A stretch of 64,000 nucleotides of DNA. Source: Mytilus trossulus. Taxonomy: Eukaryota. Of the stretch, positions 13,601 to 23,447 are shown piece after piece. The notes below the pieces were generated by a model. That model did not search any database. It saw only the letters and a list, made by a program, of their open reading frames with translations, and was not told where the DNA came from. The DNA is taken from the NCBI RefSeq assembly GCF_036588685.1, contig NC_086375.1, forward strand, positions 45,260,001 to 45,324,000. Reading direction: 5' to 3'. The position numbers were made by a program, and so were the translations under genes. How positions within the stretch are numbered: position 1 is the stretch's first letter; every line of letters begins with the position of its first letter.

Positions 13601-16600
13601 TTTCCAAAACTGGTGATATAGAAGGAAACAAACAACTATTAAAGCTCTTATAGATAGAGATTCAGATACCATACATATCTATTCACCTGATCACCATCAG
13701 TAATACTGTAAAGTTTGACAGCAAACTTTCTAACGTTTCCCCCTCTAATTGTATTGGAAAGTTCCAAATGTGTGATCAGTGTGATATTTTCATCTATTTT
13801 CGACAGATCAAAATGGCAAGTACATGATGTTGGTACCATTTCATAAAACTTTGTAGACACATGGTTCTGAAGGGAGTTTGATTGATACCAATCCGATTCT
13901 TTCAGTTTATTTTCCAAATCTGTAAAAAATAAACAAGTGATTAAACTGTACATGTCATATGCAGATAAATTTAAATCTTAAATAAATTATTCAAAGAAAA
14001 AATTGGTAAGACATGCTAAATAACCACAGATTTACAGTTGAAAAAAACTAAAATCAATAAACTGAATACAAGAACAAACTAGAGAATACTAAAAGATAAG
14101 CCATCATAGAGGGCCCCTAAGAAGTCCACAAATAACTTGTAATGTTTTTTTTTATCATAGCTCATAATAATGCAAAGCAGACATTCAAACCAAACAGCAA
14201 ATGGTTTTAATGCTAACATTTTGTTCATATGCACAGCAATGACTAAGTTGAACTAATGTTTTGTTCATGACTTTTTATGTTTTTTTTTTTTTTCCTTCCA
14301 CCTGACAGTCGAAAAAGTGGTGTGTACTCAGATGCACTTCTAGTAATTAACATCTTCAATGAAAAAAGATGAAAACAAGAATGTGTCCCCAGTACACAGA
14401 TGCCCCACTCGCACTATCATTTTCTATATTCAGTGGACCATGAAATTGGGGTCAGAACTCTAATATGATAAAATTAGAAAGATCATATCATAAGGAACAT
14501 GTATATTAAGTTTTAGGTTGATTGGACTTCAAGTTCATCAAAAACTACCTCGACCAAAAACTTTAACCTGAAGTGGGACGAACAGACGGACGAAACAAAA
14601 GGATGGACAAACAAACGCACAGACCAGAAAACATAATGCCAATAAATGGGGCATAAAAATAATATTAAAAAAGTATACCTGGTAGAATGTATTGAAGTAA
14701 TCCTGCATAATGTGACCATACCAGACCATGAGCTACATTTCCTGCAGGCATCAATTGTCTTATAGTCTCTTTTTCTGAAATAGGAAATAGCACATTTTTT
14801 ATACACAGATTTCTTAATCACTGTCTGTTCTGTCAAAAATTGCGAAACAAGGTTTACTATTTTAACCATAAAATAGAAGTATCAATATGTACTTAGGCTA
14901 GCTTAACTTTTACTTCTCATTTAAAAATATTTTGAAGTAAAATGGAAACAATTACAGCAATAGTACCCGTTTCTTTTTATGTTATGTCTAAGCTAAAAAG
15001 GTAAAGACACTATCAGCACTCTTGGTTACAATCCCAAGCCCATTTTTATTTGGTGATGGAAGTTGGAAGGTTCAGAGAGTTCATTGAAATTTGACGGGAA
15101 AACTAGTAAGCCTTGTCAATTAAAATCTGAGTCGAATACACATTGCCAAATGTTGGGTTTCAAGTTCTGTTGTTGCCATGTTGTTTTAGTTTTAATGCAT
15201 GTTTTTTATACACCTAGGTAATTTCACAAGGGGGCAGTTTTTGTCAACCCTAGTTCCCTACAGGCATGTGTATACATCTAAATGGTTTTAAAATAAATGT
15301 CCATCAAATGCTCATGTGGTTTTTAAAAAGTTAAAGACAGGAATGAATCCAGCAATTTTAAAAAGTAGATTTTGCAAAATTACATGGGGATAATGGAGAA
15401 GACTGCCTGAATCTTATTTTTGCAAATTTCTTAAGCTGTTAAAATGTTATTTTCTCAGTGGTGTTCAGTAAAGTTGTTTTCCATTTCATTGTCTTTCAAT
15501 TTTTTTGTCATGGCATTGTTATTTTCTCTTAAACGAGATTTTAATATCCCCTTGGCATCTTTCACCTCTTTTTCTGTATGACATACATCTACATGTATGA
15601 TAAAAGGAGATGAGGGATATGTGTCAATAAAACAACAATCCAACAAGATTAAGATTTTTTTTCTTTGCGTTGTTTATATGGATTTTTAATTTTGCAAACT
15701 GTCTACACTTACAAGTACTGTAAATTGTGTCTTTTGTATAAACTAAATCAATATACCTCTTATCCTTTCAATGGTTTCAGTTACCCAAGAATCATTTTCT
15801 TTTGTAAACACAATTTTTCTAGCTTCTTGTAATACTGCAATTTGTGGAATCTATAAACATGATAAAGAAAATAAAAAATATTAACTATGACAATTATATA
15901 ATGACCTGTCACCAAGAAACTAACAGAGTACATTTGCGTAAGTTGGTTTTATATGACGAGGACATAATTTTTCAATCAGTTAAAGGTGGTACCTAACACT
16001 ACAGGGAGATAACTCTGTAAAATCAGCTAAACATTTTAACTACGTTGTGTTGTTAAGGGAATAGTAAGCTTCTCAATGATCACAATCAGTGTTTGTCAAA
16101 CTGCTATATAACCAGTGTCATTTTTCTGATAAAATGTTTGGTTCAAATTTTTTGAAAGTTTTATATTTTTGTCAAATGGTCAAAGTAAATACTTTGTCAA
16201 AATTTTATGAAAATTAAACGAGCCAAATTAATTTTAGTCAAAGTGTTAGGTATCACCTTAATTGAGTTCTGGAGCTGGCATTTCAGTAACTGCTAGTAGT
16301 CCTTTGTTTATGTATGTATCATTTTCATTGTGCTTAGTTTCTTTTGTTGCCTGTTTTGAAATCAAACTCTTCTTTTAAACTGCATTTTACTGTGCTTATT
16401 TCTGTGTGTTTATTTATTCTTAGTACATTTGCTAGAGGTATAGGGAGAGGGTTGAGATCTCACCAAACATATTTACCTTAACCTCGCCACAATTTTGTGC
16501 CTGTCCCAAGTCAGAAGCCTCTGGACTTTGATGGTTTTGTATGTTTTTAAATTATAGTTTATTTATATGTTAAAGAGTTTAGTATGACGATCATTTTCAC

Positions 16601-17526
16601 TGAACTAGTACACATTTTTATTTAGGGGTTAGCTGAGGTTCACCTATGGATGTGGGATTTTCTTGCTGAATTGGAGATCCATTGGTGGCCTTCAGCTGTT
16701 ATCTGCTATTTGGTCAGGTTGTTGTCTTTTTGACAAATTCTCCATTTCCATTTCCATTTTATTTAAAGTAATGTGCTTGTCTCATGTGCATCTTATGGCT
16801 GGGCTCTAGTCCTAGCCAGGTCAAAGGCTTGAAAATTAGACTTTGATGCTTCCCTGTTAAGCAAATGTCTGAACTTATGAGTTAAAACATCCATGGTCAG
16901 CTCAGAGTTTAAATAAAGAATTTGTACCATCATGATTTTAATCATGTCATCTTTTATAAAAAAAAAAATAGAATGAATTGGTGCGAACTTATCTTAATTT
17001 TTGAAAATGTTTAAGATCCTGAAAAATCCATGATCTTAGATTTAAGATTATTCAGATTTATAAGGAACATTGTTATCTTTTCTTCAATACACAAAATATG
17101 CCTGTGCCACACAATTTTGTATAGTAAGTATCAAGAATTTTTATTCCATCTGAATAAATGAAGGGTTGAGTTAAGTGTTAAAAATACAACAACAAAACAA
17201 ATACATACATCTTTCTCTTCTATACCATGTAGTAAAAGAACTACTGAAAGCTGCTGCTTCCTTTGTGATCTCTCTAGACCTATTAGTAGTTCTAGATTGC
17301 ACCAGCTACTTTGCATGGCATTCTTAGTGATGAATAGAAGTGTCTTATCAACTTTATCCACCAATTCTGTTAAACTAGACAGAAAAATTTGTCCTGGTTG
17401 TAATTCATCTTGGGTAAGGATGCTTATGTCTTTAAACACTTCCAATTTTGGAAGGATTTCATCAAATACCAGTTGTTGATCATCAAGTTCATTACTGTGA
17501 GAAAGGAATACTTTTATGGTAGTCAT
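8479..17526 (-). CDS. STING1: Tandem TIR-STING-TIR-STING protein (soluble STING-family cyclic dinucleotide receptor), 11 coding exons, 2031 nt, 676 aa
   Basis: Manual splicing: 17526-17209, 15850-15757, 14774-14679, 13919-13687, 13142-12956, 12501-12422, 11975-11516, 10755-10651, 10030-9810, 9573-9384, 8525-8479. All introns are GT-AG with compatible phases and there are no internal stops. STING signatures occur twice: GNVAHGLVWSHYAGLLQYILP and GDVANGLAWGYVVNYLRIILP (human [20 protein letters not shown]); CEYPSAI and GQYAAPI (human LEYATPL). Two TIR domains begin VFLSHS and VYIAHS. The symbol indicates family, not proven orthology. Confidence 0.92.
9038..9290 (+). mobile_element. HINE/pearl-like non-autonomous element (intronic)
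   Basis: AACAAGAATGTGTCCCCAGTACAC start, GACG-type microsatellite, 3' hairpin remnant; paralogous to 14375-14659. Confidence 0.7.
9384..9573 (-). CDS. TIR-STING coding exon 10: STING domain 2 (DKYFIGQYAAPITCLHEM...CCEFVYFD)
   Basis: QYAAPITCLHEM corresponds to human EYATPLQTLFAM; tttacag and GTGAGT splice sites. Confidence 0.9.
9810..10030 (-). CDS. TIR-STING coding exon 9: STING domain 2 core and lid (DALKNIDQ...LFIIIPKSC...FGGSRPFSCQIYKITDQP)
   Basis: LFIIIPKSC corresponds to human LYILLPLDC; ttttacag and GTATGT splice sites. Confidence 0.9.
10576..10629. repeat. (TC)27 microsatellite about 20 nt from the exon 8 donor
   Basis: Perfect dinucleotide run. Confidence 0.98.
10651..10755 (-). 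CDS. TIR-STING coding exon 8: STING domain 2 dimerisation helix (EDFPLKTEMLLPAGDVANGLAWGYVVNYLRIILP)
   Basis: STING signature; ttttag and GTAAGA splice sites; absent from the ORF track on this strand. Confidence 0.93.
11516..11975 (-). CDS. TIR-STING coding exon 7: linker and TIR domain 2
   Basis: YQVYIAHSEDKEDK...AVQNCRWFIFLMTKNS...RVIPV...IPDALQWVTYVPF TIR pattern; ttttcag and GTGAGT splice sites. Confidence 0.9.
12422..12501 (-). CDS. TIR-STING coding exon 6: last helix of STING domain 1 and linker (DETEKVSEVLVKAIKQDLQLTEKVMPK)
   Basis: ttttacag and GTTTGT splice sites, phase 1->0; resembles human SLSQEVLRHLRQE; paralogous to exon 11 (DETESLAEI). Confidence 0.85.
12956..13142 (-). CDS. 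TIR-STING coding exon 5: STING domain 1 (TYFCICEYPSAI...LQLARFYYTMNSVI...KARVVLFN)
   Basis: Aligns to human CVLEYATPL...[21 protein letters not shown]...CRLIAY; canonical splice sites. Confidence 0.9.
13687..13919 (-). CDS. TIR-STING coding exon 4: STING domain 1 core and lid (DLENKLKES...IRGGNVRKFAVKLYSITDGDQ)
   Basis: Aligns by eye to human VSQRLYILLPLDC...DPNI...RAGIKDRVYSNSIYEL; ttttacag and GTGAAT splice sites. Confidence 0.9.
14375..14659 (+). mobile_element. HINE/pearl-like non-autonomous element (intronic)
   Basis: Same family as 9038-9290; GACG/GACA repeats; ends ATGCC...GGGCATAAAAA. Confidence 0.7.
14679..14774 (-). CDS. TIR-STING coding exon 3: STING domain 1 dimerisation helix (KETIRQLMPAGNVAHGLVWSHYAGLLQYILP)
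   Basis: Close match to the STING [11 protein letters not shown] motif; tttcag and GTATAC splice sites. Confidence 0.93.
15757..15850 (-). CDS. TIR-STING coding exon 2: end of TIR1 (IPQIAVLQEARKIVFTKENDSWVTETIERIR)
   Basis: tttatag acceptor, GTATAT donor; phase 0->1 bridges exons 1 and 3; resembles the TIR C-terminal region. Confidence 0.85.
15985..16257. mobile_element. MITE in a TIR-STING intron
   Basis: TIRs GGTGGTACCTAACAC / GTGTTAGGTATCACC in a T(T/A)AA context. Confidence 0.75.
16470..16762 (+). repeat. Interspersed repeat; other copies at ~17950-18205 and ~41120-41280
   Basis: Shared cctgtcccaa...cactgaactagtacaca...tctctttgacacattccccatttccatt. Confidence 0.75.
17209..17526 (-). 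CDS. TIR-STING coding exon 1: TIR domain 1 (MTTIKVFLSHS...SSWCNLEL...GIEEKD)
   Basis: TIR box1 VFLSHS, BB-loop-like DELQPG, WCxxEL; acceptor tttcag at 17535-17534 just upstream of the ATG, donor GTATGT at 17208. Confidence 0.9.
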
Positions 17527-20500
17527 TCTTTTCCTGAAACAAATTTTAAAAGTGTATTAACTATCTTTTGTGGTGTTTGGGGCATTTCATCATACCTTAT
17601 AGGTACAGTCATGACAAGATGCTGATCCTTTACTTTGAAAGAAAATGGGGGCTGCCAGTCTTAAAACTAGATAAATTTTGAGTATTTGAAGTACAATCAG
17701 TAAAAATTCTAGATACCATAAATGAAGCCTTAAGGGGAGCACCCGGCCCCCTAAATTCACCCCAGCAAACTGTGTAGTATAAAATTAGATTATTATCACT
17801 TTTAATACAGGTATTATGACAGGGAAGCTTATTTGAAGAATTCATAAACATTTGATGTTTCAATTTTAAAAAGGATAAATTAAAAATTACAAATGTTATA
17901 GATGTATATTAATTATATCAATAAACCTGTTTATTACCCGCTCTAATTTTGCACCTGTCCCAAATCATGAGTCTCCGGACTTTGTTAGTCTTGTATGGTT
18001 TTTAATTTTAGATAATTTATATCTTTTAGATTTCAGTATGAAACCATTTTCACTGAACTAGTACACATTTTTGCTTAAACATGTTAAAGGCAAGTTGAAG
18101 CCTGCTCCGGGTGCCAGATTTTCTCACTGTGATGAAGACCCATTGATTGCCTTCAGTTATTGTTGTTGTCTCTTTGACACATTCCCCATTTCCATTTTCA
18201 ATTTTACTAGTAATACATGTATGTGATATATTGTAAATAAAAACCAGACTACCTTTGATCATTAATTTTCTCATAGATGTAATATAATTATTATTTCATT
18301 TCATATATTATATTAAAACAATGTACCAGTAAGGTTTTTTTTACTGTTTATCAACTTCTTAAATTTATAGCTTGAAAAGTTAAAATGATGTTTTCCAAAT
18401 TGTCACTTATCTAAATAATCTTTCATTTGAGGATGTTTAGAAGAATGCGATCATGAATCGCTTTTAGGCTCTGAAAAAAAAACGAAGTAAAAAAAGGGGG
18501 AGGTGAAATACAAAACCAGAATGTGTGAAATGAGCAACCAACTCACCACTGCAGACAGTGCAATGAGCTAAATATTATCTTGTTGTTCTTGTGTCTGTAT
18601 GATGTATCATTGTCATTGATCTATATATAAACTTAAAAATATCAGTTGTAGTCATGTCATAAATTGCAATGGTATAAATGTGGCTTTCATTTGTCATCAT
18701 AATGATTTTGCCTTGTTGGTAAGGCTTCACTAACTGGATTTCTCTCAAGACAAAGTTGTAATCTGCCAGACAGATTATACGCCCAGATGAAAGTGAAAGT
18801 AAGGTCTGGTTACTTTCGAAATGTAAGTTCAACAGGACACCAGTTGTAAGATGCTGACAGCCTTCCGGACTTTCCCGAAGTCCTTCGTATAACACCGCGG
18901 TCGACCTATGGTTACTGGTAAACAAAAAAAACTGATGATAACTGCGGAGCTCAACTGCGAAAAGGCACTAGACAGTTAAAACTAAATCTAATATTCACCT
19001 ACAAGTCGAGTAATTCCTTTAAATTGATTTCTTTGTGTTGATAATTTATATTTTCCTACTTTTCAAAAGCAAATTATTAAAATTACCCTCCTATTTACCT
19101 AGGATTAAAAAAAATTGTATAGTAAGTATACAATTTTTTTTTAATCCTTGTATTAACAAAGCCGACGAAAGAATGCGACAATTTTTTTTTTAATCCTTGT
19201 ATTTACAAAGCCGAAGAAAGAATGCGACAAAATAACAAATAAACGATATTGTCGACGCCGGCAAATTGAAATTGGCAAAAAATACCGTATTTCCTGAAAT
19301 ATTTTCCGGCCGTCGCTGCACTGATTATATGTCCTGCCAAAAATTATCAAAATTTCAGATTCAATAGTTTCAATGATAGTGATTTTACAAATTTAAAATA
19401 CAAGTACCATTCTATTCATAATTATGAGAGAAAAATCCACGACAATGCCAAGCAATATGGCAATTGCTTTACAAATATTCTATCGTTTGACAGCTTTAAT
19501 AAAAATAGTTATTTTTAAAATAAGAGCTGGGGAAATGATGGCATATTTTCTAGTTTACAGGCGCAGGAAAAATAGCCACTGCTCTATCAAATCGTACCAA
19601 ATCGATAAAACATGCTCATCATGTTTGTCTTGAAGTTGTCGCCATTTGTTACCCAATCTAGGAAGTAATTAAGTAGCTTATTTTTTTTTCTCTCTCAGTT
19701 TTTCATGACTACTTCACTTGTTTTTCCAACTTGTTTTTCTACTCTACTAGACTAAACCTGTCCACGAGATAAGTAGTACTCAGTATTGTCAAAAGGTTTA
19801 ACTGCTGATGTTATACCGAGACCGTTCGATTTAAATTCTACTTTCAAGAGCAACCCGAGTTAATAAAATCGAAGTCGACCAAACGGATTGATTTCCTGGC
19901 AAGTTTATGAACTTCGGTCCCTGCTTTGAAGTATTGATTGTTTTCTGTGGAACAGTGCGACAGCTATCATTTCAAAATAATTTTAGAGTGGGTTCTAATA
20001 AGGATTTGTGGTCATTTGTACATTTCTATACAAATCCTTGTTTCCAGAGCTATTCATAATCACCTTCTGATATTTAAAATTTGTTATATGAACATTTATC
20101 TAGACAGGAGAAACAGTCTAATACAGTTTTATGAATATCTGTTAAAATTAATTATATCATAGGTTGCGACAAACAATTTATTATATTAATAATTGTTTTG
20201 TTTTTTTAATTATTTATTTTTTAAAACTCACCGATAACCACACAATTATATTCCTTTAACGGTGGTTTATAATGTTCACATATGACCTATACTAGTATTT
20301 AACTCCGAAATGATCCGGGAAACCAGGCTATCATGGATTTTCGATTTCCAAAAAATTGTACATATAGTTGCCAAAAACTTTAGACAAACGAAACAAAACT
20401 AAGTTAATCTGAAGTACTGTTTTATATTTTCGGCCAAAACGTAAACAACTTCGATAAAACAATATATCTGGAAGTTTTTTTTAATTTTGTCTTCTGCATG

Positions 20501-21430
20501 CAATGGAATAAAAAAAATATGTTATTATTATATATATGGATTTTTTCATTCAAAAAAGCTACTTCAATAGTTGTTTTACCAACTGTGAAAATCTATACAT
20601 TTAAATTTTCACGTCTAAATATATATCTGATGAGCGTACTAGGATAAGAAAAGTTCCAAAATGTATAGATAAGAAAATGTATGGTAGCTAGTATTTTTAG
20701 AAAATATATTGATTGATAAATTGTAGGTGTTTAAAGCCACTTTCTACACTACAAGCTATATCGTGGTTGTCAGTTTTGTTGGTGTCAACGGGTAGCCGGA
20801 GTGCCGGAGAGCTTCGGGCGGAAAATAAACAATTCTAATTAATTACTATAGTAAGATTGGAGTCGAATGAACATGACCCGTACGGGGATTAAATTTTGAT
20901 AATTAATGTCCAATGTCATGTATTTCATACATGGTCACACGAGAACAAATTAACAGTATATATTAAGGTATGTCTTGTAATAGAAGCCGTCCGGGAAAAG
21001 GGGTCGGGGAAATTTGGACTGCCACTGGGGAGTAAGGTTAATTGAATAGGGACAGAAAGTTTGTCTTGCAACAGGGCACTTACGGACACCTCAAATAGTG
21101 GTTACAAGGATTCTTGGCATACAAAGATCGACCACGTTCGGGGTTAAAACTCACAAACTTGGCCTTCAAATAGAAAACACGAATGCAGTTATATGATTAT
21201 GAAAGTATTGTTTTACGCGTTTAATATAAAATAAGGAGAGGTATCAAGGAATTAATCTGCTATTGTGGAACAAAAGGCTTTAAAAGATCTGCCAATTATT
21301 TTTTATAAAAGATCATTTTCATTATAATTCTGATAATGCATTAGTAGTCGGTTTTTTGTTTTATTCAATTCTGATAAAAGCTTGCAAAATCGAAAGAAAC
21401 TTGTCAACATTGTATATATGACACATTTAT

Positions 21431-22258
21431 AACTAGAGGCTCTAAAGAGCATGTGTCGCTCACCTTGGTTTATATGCATATTAAACAAAGGACACAGATG
21501 GATTCATGACATAATTGTGTTTTGGTGTTGGTGATGTGTTGGTAGATCTTAATTTACTGAACACTCTTGCTGCTTACAATTATCTCTATCTATAATGAAA
21601 TTGGCCCAGAATGTGACAGTGGAAAATTTTTTGTAAAATTTTACAAAAAATACAAAATTTATTTAAATTGTAAAACATTGACTATAAAGGGCAATAACTA
21701 CTTATGGGGTCAATTGACCACTTTGGCCATGTTGACTTATTTGTAGCCCTTACTTTAATGTACATTATTGCTATTTACAGTTTATATCTATCTATAACAA
21801 TATTCAAGATAATAACCAAAAGCTGCAAAATCTTCTAAAAATTACACATTTAGGGACAGCAACCCGACAACTGGTTCTCCGATTCATCTGAAAATTTCAG
21901 AGCATATAGATCTTGACCTGATAATTTCCCCCCCCCCCCCATGTCAGATCAGCTCTTAATGCTTTGATTTCAGAGATATAAGCCAAAATCTACATTTTAC
22001 TCCTATGTTCTATTTTTAGTCATGGCGGCCATCTTGGTTGGCTGGCCGGGTCACCGGACACATCTTGAAACTAGATACCTCAATGATGATTGTCGCAAAG
22101 TTTGATTTAATTTGGCCTATTAGTTTCAGAGGAGAAGATTGTTTTAAAAGTTCACTCGGTTAAAGGACGACGGACCACGGACACAGGATGACACCGGACG
22201 CCGGACGCCAAGTGATGAGAAAAGCTCACTTGGCCCGCCGGGCTAGGTGAACTAAAAC
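21431..22258 (+). mobile_element. HINE/Helentron-type non-autonomous element
   Basis: AACTAGAGG...GCTCACC start, internal ~160-bp repeat units, GGACG microsatellite, terminal GCTCAC...GGTGAACTAAAA hairpin; related fragments at ~4350-4500 and ~63470-63985. Confidence 0.65.
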
Positions 22259-22771
22259 TTGTTTTGATATGAAAAAGTAAATTTTTAAAGAAGCGAAATT
22301 ACCCGATTTAGCATCGCAAGAGATTTTCATGTCAAAGCCAAAAGCCATATATATTATGATAAACATAATTTGGTCATTTGGACAAGTAATGGGTCAGTAA
22401 ATATCTTAACCGTTTCTGCACTAGCCCTACAAATTGAAAAAAATAAGAGATTGTTGTTGATTTTTATTAGAAAGACGGACAAAAAAGTTCCTGCAACAGC
22501 CGTGGCAGTGATACCGGTATCTTAGTAATTACTGTTGATCCTAATGTGGAAATGATGGAGAACAAGTTAAGTGTTGTTCAGGTTCACAAACAACAATATT
22601 TATTTCTATATATTGTATATGTATTTGGTGACATCGAGGGTGCTGGGCTCCATGTCCAATCCTTACCATAAATATGGAATCGTTAGATAAACCAGTGTTG
22701 TAGACCCTCCTTAAGTTAACTCATAACTTGAAGATTTAATTGAGCATCGTAACATATATATTATTTTATTT

Positions 22772-23447
22772 TATTATATGACTATAAATTTTCTGTTTTT
22801 TCATTGGCTAAAAGCATAGGAAATCCTCTTTGATAAAACATTATATTCACCGCGGCAAAAATCACGAGAGGTTAATATAAGATTTGGAACAGCGTCCGTG
22901 TACCTAAATATAGAAACGGGGAATTCTTGTTAGCTATTTAAGGGATGTATAAATAAAATGTTTTTAATTGAACGACCGAATAAATATCAACCAATCAGCG
23001 CTCTCGACATAAAATCGTTGCGATCTCACAGACGACAGTTACATGTTTCCGGCAACAAAGTATGGCTGGAGCAGCAGAAGTAGCTACTGAAAAACGCTTT
23101 TCATCGTTAAATAATGAGAAAATTAAGAAGATTTTGATAGAAAAGGATTCTAAAAATACTCGCCGATCAACAGATTCTAGCGTGAGGACATTTAAATCTT
23201 ATTTACGAGAGAAAAATCTACCTGAAGATTTCGAGAATTTGCCAAATCTAAAAATATTAAAATGACACTGAGAACTAAAGAGTCATATACTAAAGCAATT
23301 GTTGACTTTTGATATCAGTTGATACAATGATTTATCAACCCCAGAGATGTGATATTCAACTCGGCCGTTGGCCTTGGTGAATATCACATCTCTGGGGTTG
23401 ATAAATCATTGTATCAACCTCATCAAAAGTCAATAATTGTATAATAT
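22772..23447 (+). mobile_element. Internally deleted Crypton-like (DUF3504/tyrosine-recombinase-related) element with terminal hairpin
   Basis: ORF 23062-23265 (RFSSLNNEKIKKIL...SKNTRRST..SVRTFKSYLREK...FENLP) resembles the N-terminus of Crypton/KCTD1/ZMYM-type proteins (from memory); hairpin 23296-23439. Confidence 0.6.
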
